Source: Longimicrobiales bacterium (GTDB lineage Bacteria > Gemmatimonadota > Gemmatimonadetes > Longimicrobiales > Gaopeijiaceae). Taken from it: a stretch of DNA of 64,000 bases. Location of the stretch: the NCBI GenBank assembly GCA_963664435.2, contig CAXXKM010000003.1, forward strand, positions 224,001-288,000, written 5' to 3'. Position numbers and translations under genes: made by a program. Each line of letters begins with the position of its first letter. Position 1 is the stretch's first letter. Positions 29,698 through 39,549 of this stretch are shown piece after piece. The notes under the pieces are model-generated. The model saw only the letters and a list, made by a program, of their open reading frames with translations, did no database searches and had not been told where the DNA came from.

Positions 29698-31056
29698 CTA
29701 CCTGACTCCCTGATCTTCTGTGTGCTCTTCGTCCGGAAAAGCTTCGGGTTGCGCGTCTTCCTCGCCCTCGATCACGGTCAACTCGTCGATCAGAGCGACG
29801 ATCTGGTCTACGGCATCGATCGAGAGTCCCGGTATCGCCAGGAACTCTCCCCTCTCAAGGTTAATGATCTGGAGGAACGTGGTGTATCCCGCCGCTCCCA
29901 GCGCTTCCAGCGCATCGCCGGGCAGCTCCAGCTCCGAGAGCGGAAAATCGGACGTCTCGTAGTTCTCCTCGGCATCCGGGAAGATGGCGTTGTCCGCTCC
30001 CCGCTCAAGCCACTCGCGAGAGCCGTAGAGATCGATCTGCCACCCGATCAGCTGCGATGCCAGGCGAACGTTCTGTCCGTTGCGGCCGATCGCCAGCGAC
30101 AACTGATCCTCGTCCACGATGGCGGTGATCACCTGGTTGTCGTAGTTGCTGATGACCTTGGCCACTCGCGCCGGCGCGAGTGCTCTGCGCGCGAACACCT
30201 CGGGATCGGGATGCCATGGCACGATGTCGATCCGCTCGCCCCCCAGCTCGGAAACCACGGCCTGGACGCGGGACCCCTTCAGCCCGACGCACGCGCCCAC
30301 CGGATCGATGGATTCGTCGCGCGACGAGACCGCGATCTTGGTTCTGCCGCCGACCTCCCTGGCCTTTTCCCGGATGTCGACGATGCCCTGGTAGATCTCC
30401 GGCACCTCGAGCCTGAAGAGGGATTCCACGAAGACGGGATCCGCGCGCGACAGAATGAGTCGAGGCCCCTTGGGGGACTCCTCGATCTTCTTCAACACCG
30501 CGCGAATCGGGTCGCCCTGGCGGAAACGCTCCCGGGGGTTCTGCTCCTTCCAGGGGATGATGGCGTCCGCATCCTTGGCGAGGTTCAGCATCACCACCAC
30601 CTTGCCCCGCTCGATCTGCTGCACGTCACCCGACAGCAGCTCGCCCACGCGGTCCGCGAACTCCTCCCGAATCCGGTCGCGCTCGTTCTCGCGGATACGC
30701 TGGACGATGCGCTGCTTGGTCGCCATCACCGCATTGCGCCCGAACTCGGTGAAGTCCATGGGGATCTCCATGAGGTCCCCGACTTCGAAGGCGTCGTCAT
30801 CCCAGCGGGCTTCCTCCAGGGAAATCTCCGCGGAACCGTCCTCGACCTGCTCCACAACCCGCTTGAGAACGACGATGTCGATCTCCCCGCTCATATCATC
30901 CACGTCGATCTCCGCGCGCACGTTGGGCCCGTGGATGCGTGCGAGGCCGGCCATGATGCCGTCCTGGATCAACTCATTGAGTTCATCCACGGACAGGTTC
31001 TTGGTGGCGGCCATGTCCCGGAATGCCGCGATTATCTGGCCCGAGTTCGCTATCAT
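29698..31056 (-). CDS. nusA: Transcription termination/antitermination factor NusA
   Basis: FGRNAVMATKQ, S1 domain, EVPEI, GACVGLKGSRV, AIGRNGQNVRLAS. Confidence 0.97.
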   Translation of the reverse strand: MIANSGQIIAAFRDMAATKNLSVDELNELIQDGIMAGLARIHGPNVRAEIDVDDMSGEIDIVVLKRVVEQVEDGSAEISLEEARWDDDAFEVGDLMEIPMDFTEFGRNAVMATKQRIVQRIRENERDRIREEFADRVGELLSGDVQQIERGKVVVMLNLAKDADAIIPWKEQNPRERFRQGDPIRAVLKKIEESPKGPRLILSRADPVFVESLFRLEVPEIYQGIVDIREKAREVGGRTKIAVSSRDESIDPVGACVGLKGSRVQAVVSELGGERIDIVPWHPDPEVFARRALAPARVAKVISNYDNQVITAIVDEDQLSLAIGRNGQNVRLASQLIGWQIDLYGSREWLERGADNAIFPDAEENYETSDFPLSELELPGDALEALGAAGYTTFLQIINLERGEFLAIPGLSIDAVDQIVALIDELTVIEGEEDAQPEAFPDEEHTEDQGVR

Positions 31057-31161
31057 CGACTCCGTTTCCCCTGCCGAAACACGCGGCTCGTCCGCCCGTC
31101 CCGTGCAATCGGGATCATGTCACGGGTGGCCCGCTCATGCGGCGCCCCCGGTTTGCCGGGT

Positions 31162-31193
31162 AAAAAAAAGCGGGGGCCACTGGCTCCCCACTC
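31162..31193 (-). terminator. rimP/nusA-type leader hairpin with U8 tract (attenuator-like intrinsic terminator)
   Basis: The - strand reads GAGTGGGGAGCCAGTGGCCCCCGC-T8, between a promoter and nusA. Confidence 0.7.
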
Positions 31194-31229
31194 CCAAGGT
31201 CGTCGGCCGACGACCCGCCCGGACCCTGA

Positions 31230-31258
31230 ACAATAAGGGTTTGTCCACCCCCTTTCAA
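31230..31258 (-). promoter_or_regulatory. Putative sigma70 promoter of the nusA-infB operon (TTGAAA-N17-TATTGT)
   Basis: Good hexamer matches with a 17-nt spacer. Confidence 0.65.
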
Positions 31259-31304
31259 GGCTTCGGAGTCGCCCGCGCGGCTTCTCAGCCCGGCCCGTGT
31301 CCGG

Positions 31305-31625
31305 TCACTCGGTCGGGTCTCTCCGCTCCAGGCGTTCGATCCTGGCAGCGAGGCGCTCTACCGCCTCCCGCATCTGGTCCATTTCGCGACGGGTCACGAA
31401 ATCCAGGCGGTCGCGGGCGGTCTCGGCTGCGGCCTGCGCCCGGGACAACGCACCCTTCACCGCATCGCGCGCCGCTTCGGCGTTCGGCCCGCTCTGCTCG
31501 CGGGTGTCGGCCAGGGTTTCCTCGATGGCGTCCTTGAGCGCCGAGAGGAATCCGAGCCCCTGGCTCAGCCCCTCGCGAATCCCCTTTCTCCTGCGACGGT
31601 CTCCGTCGCTTCCCTCTTTGCTCAC
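31305..31625 (-). CDS. Hypothetical coiled-coil protein (UbiK/BMFP- or phasin-like C-terminus)
   Basis: Amphipathic helices, LDFVTRREMD...RIERLE; GGAGG RBS. Confidence 0.6.
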   Translation of the reverse strand: MSKEGSDGDRRRRKGIREGLSQGLGFLSALKDAIEETLADTREQSGPNAEAARDAVKGALSRAQAAAETARDRLDFVTRREMDQMREAVERLAARIERLERRDPTE

Positions 31626-31754
31626 TGTGTCCCTCCCTGCGCGTGGTGTCGTCTGCCAGCCTGGTCCCGCGTCCCTGCGCCCAACACCGCTGACGGCTGG
31701 TCGCCAGCGGCCCGCGACGAATCCTCCGGCCTTCGCGGAGTCGTCCGCGGACCG

Positions 31755-33032
31755 TCAGCCCACCCGCTCGATGTGCGCTCCAAGTCGGCGCAGGCGTTCG
31801 TCGATCTGCTCATAGCCGCGTTCGATCTGGGCGATGTTGCGGATCTCGCTGGTTCCTCGGGCAGCCAGGGCGGCCAGCAGGATCGCCATGCCCGCGCGAA
31901 TGTCGGGGCTCTCAAGGCGTCCACCCCGCAGCTGCGCGGGGCCGACCACGACCGCTCGATGCGGGTCGCAGAGGATGATCTGCGCCCCCATGGAAACCAG
32001 CTTGTCGGTGAAGAACATGCGAGACTCGAACATCTTCTCGTACACCAGCACGGTGCCGTGGCATTGCGTGGCCGTGACCAGCGCGATCGAGGTGAGATCC
32101 GCGGGAAACGCCGGCCAGGGCCCGTCGTCGATCTTGGGCACGTGGCCGAAGGCGTCCGATCGGATGCGTGGCTCGCGATCGCCTCGGACGACCAGCGACC
32201 CGCCATCGGGCTCGCACTCGACGCCGAGACGCCGGAACCCCAGCAAGGTCGAATCCAGATGCTCGATCGGGACATCCTCGATGACCAGGTTGCTTCGCGT
32301 CACCGCCGCGAGGCCGATGAACGAACCGATTTCGATGTGGTCGGCGCCGATTCCGTATCGGGCTCCGCCCAGTTCCCCGACGCCCTCGATATCGAGAACA
32401 TGGGTGCCGATCCCGCGGATGCGCGCACCCATCGCATTCAGCAGGTGGCATAAGTCCTGGACGTGCGGCTCGGCCGCCGCGTTTCGAATCCGGGTGCGGC
32501 CACTGGCGAGCGTGGCCGCCATCACGGCGTTCTCGGTGCCGGTTACCGAAGGCTCGTCCAGGAACATCGAAGCGCCTTCCAGCCTGGACGCGTGGATCTC
32601 GAATTCGCTGCCAAGACGGGTCTTCCCTCCCAACGCCGCGAGCGCCATGAAGTGAGTGTCCAGCCGACGCCGGCCGATCACGTCACCCCCGGGAGGAGGA
32701 AGCAGCACACGTCCGAAGCGCGCAAGCAACGGGCCCGCAAGCAGAATCGAGGCGCGGATGCGCTCCGCGAGCGCGCGCGGGGGACGGACGTCGCTGACCT
32801 GTCCGGCATCCACGGTGACCACGTTCGGCCCCTCCCAGGACACTTCCGCGCCCAGGGCCTGCAGGATCGCGGCCAACGCCTCCACATCCTTGATGCGGGG
32901 GACGTTTTCCAGGGTGACGGGCTCTGTCGCCAGAAGCGTCGCCGCCAGCGCGGGAAGAGCGGCGTTCTTGTTTCCTGCCGGCCGTATGGTCCCGCTGAGG
33001 GAGTGGCCGCCCTCGACAAGGAAGTGTGCCAT
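31755..33032 (-). CDS. murA: UDP-N-acetylglucosamine 1-carboxyvinyltransferase (Asp-type)
   Basis: GNKNAALP, RASIL, PGGDVIGRR, AAAEPHV, FPADL, DIRAG, IERGYE. Confidence 0.96.
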   Translation of the reverse strand: MAHFLVEGGHSLSGTIRPAGNKNAALPALAATLLATEPVTLENVPRIKDVEALAAILQALGAEVSWEGPNVVTVDAGQVSDVRPPRALAERIRASILLAGPLLARFGRVLLPPPGGDVIGRRRLDTHFMALAALGGKTRLGSEFEIHASRLEGASMFLDEPSVTGTENAVMAATLASGRTRIRNAAAEPHVQDLCHLLNAMGARIRGIGTHVLDIEGVGELGGARYGIGADHIEIGSFIGLAAVTRSNLVIEDVPIEHLDSTLLGFRRLGVECEPDGGSLVVRGDREPRIRSDAFGHVPKIDDGPWPAFPADLTSIALVTATQCHGTVLVYEKMFESRMFFTDKLVSMGAQIILCDPHRAVVVGPAQLRGGRLESPDIRAGMAILLAALAARGTSEIRNIAQIERGYEQIDERLRRLGAHIERVG

Positions 33033-33303
33033 GAGGTGGGGTTGGAAGGGTAGATTGAGAGGACCGGCGGCTGTCAGGCCCCAGGTCGCATCGCCGCGCC
33101 AACATACCACGTCGCCGACGCCCCGGCCAGCGGGATCAGGACGTGCATGGAGGTTCTTGCAGCACTGGCCGCGCATGCGCTAAGTTACTGGAACACATGA
33201 TTCTACAAGCTATTGCAAATACGTTGGATGCACGCTTCGGTGCAGCGCTCCCCGACGAAACCCGGCAGATTCTCCAGCCTTCATTGCCGCTCCCGATCAT
33301 ACG

Positions 33304-33945
33304 ATGATTGCAGCCGTTTGGACGATATTCGCCATGCCGTCCGCCGGCGCGCCGGGGCAGGAACCGGCGCGCGATACGGTTCTGGTCATGGTCGCGCCCT
33401 CCGGGATCGCGAATGTCAGCGAATGGGGCCTCCTGGCCCTTGTGGTGCTGGCCGCCGTCGGCGCCGTGGCGCTGCTGGTGTTCCTCTGGCGCCTGGACGT
33501 GCACGGGCGCCGCCTCACCGCCATCGCGCACCGGATGGAGAACCGGAGCCGGCCGGTGCTCGAACGGGCCGTCGGCGTTGTCGACAACGTGGATGCCATC
33601 ACCCGCTCCCTGCGCGACGAAACCCGCCATCTGACAGGTTCCGTGCGGGCGCTGTCCGACCGGCTGCGGCAGGCTTCGACGCACATGGAGACCCGCATCG
33701 ACGAGTTCAACGCGTTGCTGGAAGTGGTGCAGGCCGAAGCCGAAGAGACGTTTCTGACGACGGCTGCGGCCATCCGCGGGGTGGGTGCGGGCGCGCGCGC
33801 CTTCGAGAACAGGCGGGAAGCCCAACCTTCCGCGCTCCCGCCGGACGGAGAAGAGCCGGCGGAAGCAGCAGACGGCGAGCCCCGCCCCGCCCTCGACGCC
33901 CCCGGCCCGGACGACGGACACGAGCCGCCCGCGGAGACCGGGTAG
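33304..33945 (+). CDS. Hypothetical membrane-anchored coiled-coil protein (DUF948-like)
   Basis: TM segment (WGLLALVVLAAVGAVALLVFLW) then heptad helices; candidate promoter TTGCAG-N18-TAAGTT at 33157-33186. Confidence 0.6.
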   Translation: MIAAVWTIFAMPSAGAPGQEPARDTVLVMVAPSGIANVSEWGLLALVVLAAVGAVALLVFLWRLDVHGRRLTAIAHRMENRSRPVLERAVGVVDNVDAITRSLRDETRHLTGSVRALSDRLRQASTHMETRIDEFNALLEVVQAEAEETFLTTAAAIRGVGAGARAFENRREAQPSALPPDGEEPAEAADGEPRPALDAPGPDDGHEPPAETG

Positions 33946-33995
33946 CGGGAGGCACGGATCGGTGACCGGAAAGAGCGGGCGGGATTCCGGTCGCT

Positions 33996-35435
33996 TCAGT
34001 CGGCATCGGCGTCCAGCGCGGCGCGCAGCAGCTGGTTCACGCGACGCGGGTCCGCCTTGCGTCCGGAGGCGCGCATGACCTGGCCGATCAGAAAGCCGAG
34101 GAGGCGCGTCTCCCCTCCGCGGTAGCGGGCGACTTCCTCCGGATGCGCCGCCACCGCGTCCGCCACCCATCCCTCCAGCACCTGGTCTTCGCAAACCTGG
34201 GTGAGCCCTTCCCGTTGCACGATGGCTGCGGGCGGGTCACCGGTGCGCGCCATGCCGGCGAGAACAGTCCTGGCGGCCGGCGCGGAGAGCGTCCCGCCGT
34301 CGACCAGCGCGATCAGCTCGGCGAGACGCGCGGGCGCCAGCCCCGGAGAGGCAAGGTGGCCGATTCCTCTCTTCACGATCTTGAGCACCGGTCCCATGAC
34401 CCAGTTGGACACTGTCTTGGGCTGCCGCCCGCAAGCCGCCACCGCCTCGAAGTAGTCCGCGAGCGCACGGGACGAAGTGAGCACGCCGGCGTCGTAGGCG
34501 GGCAGGTCGTACTGACGGCGGAAGCGTTCGCGCTTCGCCCGCGGCAACTCTCCCAGATCCGCCCGGAGCCTTGCGACGCGCTGGGCCGGGAGGACGAGAG
34601 GCGGCAGGTCGGGATCGGGGAAGTAGCGGTAGTCCTGGCTGTCCTCCTTGTTCCGCATGACCCGCACGTCGCCCGCCGCGGCATCCCAGAGAAGCGTCTG
34701 GCGGATTATGGCGGCTCCCTCGGCGCGAATCCGGGTCTGGCGCTCGATTTCGACGCCGAGCGCCTTTTCCACGGCCGAGAAGCTGTTGAGGTTCTTGACC
34801 TCCGTGCTCGCCTCGAGACGCTCGCTTCCCTTTTCGCGCAGCGACACGTTCGCATCCACGCGCAGGCTGCCTTCTTCCATGTTGCAATCGGAGATCTCCA
34901 GGTACTCCATCAGCAGCTTGAGGAGCTGCAGGCAGGAGCGCGCTTCCCGGGGAGAACGCAGATCGGGCTCCGAAACGATCTCGATCAGCGGTGTGCCGGT
35001 ACGGTTCAGATCGACGGCGGTCGCGGACGCGAAGCGGTCGTGAAGCGACTTTCCAGCGTCTTCCTCCATGTGCACCCGCCGGATCCGCACCCTCCTGCCA
35101 CTGTCCAGCTCCACGACTCCACCGGTGGCCAGGGGGCGTTCGAACTGGGAGATCTGGTATCCCTTGGGCAGGTCGGGATAGAAGTAGTTCTTGCGGGCGA
35201 AGATCGAGGTGTGGTGGATGGTGCAGTCCAGCGCCAGCGCGGCCCGCAGCGCAAGATCGACCGCTCCCGGGTCGAGCACGGGCAGCGCACCCGGCAACCC
35301 GAGGCAGACCGGGCACACCGAAGTGTTGGGAGGCGCCCCGAACGCCGTCGAGTCCGCGCAGAACAGCTTGCGCCCGGTGTCGAGCTGCACGTGGACCTCG
35401 AGGCCGATCACGGCCTCCAGCGGCGAACCGTTCAT
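33996..35435 (-). CDS. gatB: Asp/Glu-tRNA amidotransferase subunit B
   Basis: IGLEVHVQL, RKNYFYPDLPKGYQISQ, HMEEDAGK, YRYFPDPDLP. Confidence 0.97.
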   Translation of the reverse strand: MNGSPLEAVIGLEVHVQLDTGRKLFCADSTAFGAPPNTSVCPVCLGLPGALPVLDPGAVDLALRAALALDCTIHHTSIFARKNYFYPDLPKGYQISQFERPLATGGVVELDSGRRVRIRRVHMEEDAGKSLHDRFASATAVDLNRTGTPLIEIVSEPDLRSPREARSCLQLLKLLMEYLEISDCNMEEGSLRVDANVSLREKGSERLEASTEVKNLNSFSAVEKALGVEIERQTRIRAEGAAIIRQTLLWDAAAGDVRVMRNKEDSQDYRYFPDPDLPPLVLPAQRVARLRADLGELPRAKRERFRRQYDLPAYDAGVLTSSRALADYFEAVAACGRQPKTVSNWVMGPVLKIVKRGIGHLASPGLAPARLAELIALVDGGTLSAPAARTVLAGMARTGDPPAAIVQREGLTQVCEDQVLEGWVADAVAAHPEEVARYRGGETRLLGFLIGQVMRASGRKADPRRVNQLLRAALDADAD

Positions 35436-36889
35436 ATGGCACTGCCGCCGGCCGGAACCGGAGGAGGTCCCACCGTCCCCAGTTCGGCCTCGATGGCCGC
35501 GGCCGCGGTCAGCAGCGTGTCCTCCCGCCAGTGCGCCGCCATGAGCTGCCCTCCTACGGGAAGCCCCTCCGCCAGCCCGATTGGCACGGACAGTGCGGGC
35601 ACCCCGGCCAGGTTGGCGGGCACGGTGAAGATGTCGGACAGATACATCTGGTAGGGATCGTGGATGCGTTCTCCCAACCTGAAGGCCGGGGTCGGCGAGG
35701 TGGGCGTGAAGAGCACGTCCACGCCGTCACGGAACACCCGCTCGAAATCGTGGGCGATGACGGCCCGCGCCTCTTGCGCACGACCGTAATACGCGTCGTA
35801 GTAGCCCGCCGACAGCGCGTAGGTGCCGAGCAGGATGCGGCGCTTGACCTCGGTGCCGAATCCCTCGGAGCGGGACAGTTCATACAGTCGCTCGGTGGAA
35901 TCCGCCTCCCCGCATCGGCGCCCGAAGCGGACACCGTCGTAGCGGGCGAGATTGGAGGAGGCTTCTGCGGGCGCAATGATGTAGTAGGCGGGAATCGCGT
36001 ATCGGGTGTGAGGGAGGGACACGTCCCGCACCTCCGCGCCCGCCGCCTCCAGTGCGCTCAGGGCCCGCTCCGCCAGCCGGCGCACCACCGGGTCGAGGCG
36101 TGGGGGGAAGTACTCGCGCGGGACGCCGACCACCAGGCCTCGCACCCCCCGATCGCAGGCCGCCGCCAGAGGCGGCACGGGGCGGTTGACCGAGGTGGCG
36201 TCGCGCGGGTCGCGGCCGCTCACGACTTCGAGCAGCGCTGCGGCGTCGCGCACGGTGCGGCCGAGTGCGCCCACCTGGTCGAGAGAGGAGGCGAAGGCGA
36301 CCAGACCGTAGCGGCTCACCCGCCCGTAGGTCGGCTTGATCCCGACCACCCCGCAGAACGAAGCCGGCTGGCGAACCGAACCGCCCGTGTCCGAGCCCAC
36401 CGCCACCGGTACGATGCCCGCGGCCACCGCCGCCGCCGACCCGCCCGAACTGCCCCCGGGAACCCGCTCCCGGTGCCAGGGATTGCGCGTGGGGCCGAAG
36501 GCCGAGTTCTCGGTCGACGATCCCATGCCGAACTCGTCCATGTTGGTCTTGCCGAGCACGACCGCCCCCGCCCGGCGCAGCCGGCGCACGGCGGTGGCTT
36601 CGTAGGGGGAGCGAAATCCCTGCAGGATCCGGGAGCCGCAGGTGGTGGGGAAATCGGCCGTGGCCAGGTTGTCCTTGACCGCAACCGGGATTCCCGCGAG
36701 CGCTCCGTCGCGCGGACCACGTTCCCGACCCGCGCGCTGATCCAGGGCGATGAAGGCGTTCAGCGGAGATGCGCCGAGCTCCCACGCCCCCAACGCCTCC
36801 AGCGCCTCCGCGACCATCGAGTCCGGAGCAAGCTGCCCGTTCCGGACCTCCGCGGCCCGCGCCGCCACCCCGTTCGAGTTCTCCCTCAC
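35432..36889 (-). CDS. gatA: Asp/Glu-tRNA amidotransferase subunit A
   Basis: GKTNMDEFGMGSS, GGSSGGSAAAV, GSDTGGSVRQPA, SSNLARYDG. Confidence 0.97.
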   Translation of the reverse strand: MRENSNGVAARAAEVRNGQLAPDSMVAEALEALGAWELGASPLNAFIALDQRAGRERGPRDGALAGIPVAVKDNLATADFPTTCGSRILQGFRSPYEATAVRRLRRAGAVVLGKTNMDEFGMGSSTENSAFGPTRNPWHRERVPGGSSGGSAAAVAAGIVPVAVGSDTGGSVRQPASFCGVVGIKPTYGRVSRYGLVAFASSLDQVGALGRTVRDAAALLEVVSGRDPRDATSVNRPVPPLAAACDRGVRGLVVGVPREYFPPRLDPVVRRLAERALSALEAAGAEVRDVSLPHTRYAIPAYYIIAPAEASSNLARYDGVRFGRRCGEADSTERLYELSRSEGFGTEVKRRILLGTYALSAGYYDAYYGRAQEARAVIAHDFERVFRDGVDVLFTPTSPTPAFRLGERIHDPYQMYLSDIFTVPANLAGVPALSVPIGLAEGLPVGGQLMAAHWREDTLLTAAAAIEAELGTVGPPPVPAGGSAI

Positions 36890-37278
36890 GGCGAGTCCCG
36901 TTCGCCCGATGAACCCGCCACCCCCGGAAGCCGGGGGACGACGAAGAAGCCGTCCCGCCAGTCCGGCGCCATGTGCGAGAGCGGTCGCTCGAGCGGATCC
37001 GGCATGGTCTCATCCCCTTCGGCCGCAGAGCCCGTGCCGCCGGGGTCCTCGCTGCGGGGCCACGCGGCATCCTCGATCCGCGGAACGCCGGACGCCGGGG
37101 ACGGCTCCAGCGCCGTGACCTCACCCAGCACCGCCATGTGTTCCAGGATCGAGCTCATGTCGCGCGCCATGCGTTCCGCCTCCCCTGGCTCGAGACGGAG
37201 ACGCGCGAGCGCCGCAATCCGGTGAATCTCGCGAATGGATACGGTTACGCCCGGCTCCGGCACACGCGGCTCGCTCAC
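36886..37278 (-). CDS. gatC: Asp/Glu-tRNA amidotransferase subunit C
   Basis: IHRIAALARL, MAPDWRDGFFVVPR; GTG start overlaps the helicase stop (the ORF track start is over-extended). Confidence 0.85.
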   Translation of the reverse strand: MSEPRVPEPGVTVSIREIHRIAALARLRLEPGEAERMARDMSSILEHMAVLGEVTALEPSPASGVPRIEDAAWPRSEDPGGTGSAAEGDETMPDPLERPLSHMAPDWRDGFFVVPRLPGVAGSSGERDSP

Positions 37279-39545
37279 TCGAACGCCCTCTCCAGACCCG
37301 CGAAACGAACGAGCATCTTCTTCCTTCCCACGTCGTCGAAATCCACCGTCACCCTGAGATCCGGACCGAAGCCCGAGACCTCCAGGATCGATCCGCAGCC
37401 GAAGGTCCGGTGCACCACGCGTTCCCCCTGCCGGTAGCGGGGGGCGTCCTGGTTCAGATCGTCGTATCCGGACGGATCCGGATCCGGATACACCTGACCC
37501 CGGTCCGCGGACCCGCGACCATGCCCGCCTTCCCTGTACCTGCTTCTCCCGCGCCAGGGGCGGCGGTAGACCTGCAGTCGCGAGGAGCGCCGGTGTTCCA
37601 CCAGTCGCTCGGGGATCGTGTCCAGGAACGACGATGGCCTGGAGGTCACTCCCTCGCCTGCCCGCCACCTTCGCGCCGCGTAGCTGAGATATAGTTTTTC
37701 CTCGGCCCGCGTGATCCCCACGTAGAAAAGCCGCCGTTCCTCCTCCAGCTCTTCGGGCAGCTCCAATGCTCGCGAAAGCGGAAACAGTCCTTCCTCCATC
37801 CCGGCGAGAAAGACGCAGGGAAACTCGAGCCCCTTTGCGCTGTGCAGCGTCATGAGGGTGACCGCGTCGGCGCCGCTGTCGTGCGCGTCGATGCCGGTGA
37901 CCAGGGCGGTGTGCTGAAGGAACAGGTCGAGTTCGCTGGCCCCCGCGGTCTCCTCCTCTTCTCCCAGGTCGTGCTCCGACGGGTCGAAGCGGAAGGCGGC
38001 GGCGATCAACTCCGTCACGTTCGCAGCCCGGTCCTCGCCCTCCGGACCTTCCCTGCGCAGCAGCTCCCGCATGTCCAGCTCGGTGACCACCGCCTCCGTG
38101 ACCTCTCCCGCGTTGCGTTCCCGGGCGAGCGAGCGCCAGCGATCGATCATGCGCGCGAAGCGCCGCAGCATGCGTGCGGTGGACGGCCGGATGCCGTCGA
38201 CCGCATGCGCTTCCGCCGCAGCCTCGAGCGGCGACACCCCGCGTTCCCGCGCCCATGCCCTCAGCCGGCCTCGGGTCATCGTTCCGATGCCGCGTTTCGG
38301 ATAGTTGACGATGCGGTTGAAGGCCTCTTCGTCCCGGGGGTTGGAGATGAGCCGCAGGTAGGCCAGCGCGTCCCGGATCTCGCGTCTCTCATAGAAGCGC
38401 ACGCCCCCGACGATCTGGTAGGGGATGAAGCGCCGCATCAATTCCTCCTCGAGCGCGCGCGACTGGGCGTTGGTGCGGTAGAGGACGGCGAAACTCCCGT
38501 ACGGCCATCCGCACGCCTGCTTCAGCAACTCCGTCTCGTCGGCGATGCAGCGAGCCTCATCGATCTCGGTCGCGGTGTGCAGAACGCTCAACGGTTCCCC
38601 GTCCGCGCGGCGCGTATGCAGCGTCTTGTCCTTGCGGGCAACGTTGTGGGAGATGGCGGCATTGGCCGCGTGGAGGACGTGCCCCGTGGACCGGTAGTTG
38701 CGCTCCAGCCGGACGACGCGGGCGCCGGGGAAGACAGACTCGAACTGGAGGATGTTGCGGATGTCGGCCCCCCGCCATCCATAGATGCTCTGATCGTCGT
38801 CGCCCACCACCATGAGGTTGCCGTGGAGCCGGGCCAGCAGGTCCAGCAGCCGGAACTGCGCATGGTTGGTGTCCTGGTACTCGTCCACCAGCAGGAAGGC
38901 GAAGCGGTCGGCGTACCGGTGCAGGATGTCCGGACGGGACTCGAGCAGCTCAACCGGCTTCATCAGCAGGTCGTCGAAGTCAAAGGCGTTCTGGCGCGCC
39001 AGCGCGGCCTGATACTCGGGGTAGACCAGCGCCGCTGCCGCCGCCAGCGGATCGGCCCCGTCGGCGTTCTCGTCATGAAACCGCTGCGGCCCGATGAGCA
39101 CGTTCTTGGCGGAACTTATGACACCCTGCACCGATCGCGGATTCCATCGGTCCGGGTTGACGCGGACGGCCTTCTGGGCCCGCTTGACCTGGCTCAGGCT
39201 CTGCTCGGCATCGAAGATGGTGAACGGGGCCGTCCGGCCGACCTCGGCCGTGTGGATGCGCAGAAGGCGGGCGCCGAGGGCATGGAAGGTGCCGAGCCAC
39301 ATGCCGCTGGGCTCCTCCCCCAGATAGTTGGCGACGCGCTCGCGCATCTCGCCCGCCGCCTTGTTCGTGAAGGTGACGGCGAGGATGCGATGCGGCGGCA
39401 CCCCGTGCTCGCGCACCAGATGGGCGATCCGGCAGGTGAGCGCCCGCGTCTTCCCGGTGCCCGCGCCGGCGAGCACCAGGAGAGACCCCTCGAAATGGAG
39501 CACGGCGGCCCTCTGCTGGGGGTTCAGTCCCTCCAGATGATCCAC
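37275..39545 (-). CDS. UvrD/PcrA family SF1 DNA helicase
   Basis: LNPQQ, AGAGTGKT, VDEYQDTN, VGDDDQSIYGWRGA, LERNYRS, TLHSAKGLEF, EERRLFYVGITRA, C-terminal Tudor domain. Confidence 0.95.
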   Translation of the reverse strand: MDHLEGLNPQQRAAVLHFEGSLLVLAGAGTGKTRALTCRIAHLVREHGVPPHRILAVTFTNKAAGEMRERVANYLGEEPSGMWLGTFHALGARLLRIHTAEVGRTAPFTIFDAEQSLSQVKRAQKAVRVNPDRWNPRSVQGVISSAKNVLIGPQRFHDENADGADPLAAAAALVYPEYQAALARQNAFDFDDLLMKPVELLESRPDILHRYADRFAFLLVDEYQDTNHAQFRLLDLLARLHGNLMVVGDDDQSIYGWRGADIRNILQFESVFPGARVVRLERNYRSTGHVLHAANAAISHNVARKDKTLHTRRADGEPLSVLHTATEIDEARCIADETELLKQACGWPYGSFAVLYRTNAQSRALEEELMRRFIPYQIVGGVRFYERREIRDALAYLRLISNPRDEEAFNRIVNYPKRGIGTMTRGRLRAWARERGVSPLEAAAEAHAVDGIRPSTARMLRRFARMIDRWRSLARERNAGEVTEAVVTELDMRELLRREGPEGEDRAANVTELIAAAFRFDPSEHDLGEEEETAGASELDLFLQHTALVTGIDAHDSGADAVTLMTLHSAKGLEFPCVFLAGMEEGLFPLSRALELPEELEEERRLFYVGITRAEEKLYLSYAARRWRAGEGVTSRPSSFLDTIPERLVEHRRSSRLQVYRRPWRGRSRYREGGHGRGSADRGQVYPDPDPSGYDDLNQDAPRYRQGERVVHRTFGCGSILEVSGFGPDLRVTVDFDDVGRKKMLVRFAGLERAFE

Positions 39546-39549
39546 CGCA

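Noticed and set aside
31057..31140. Tiny ORFs (MSGPPVT; MIPIARDGRTSRVFRQGKRSR) before nusA as rimP remnant or leader peptide
   Set aside because: No resemblance to RimP and no clear RBS; unsupported.
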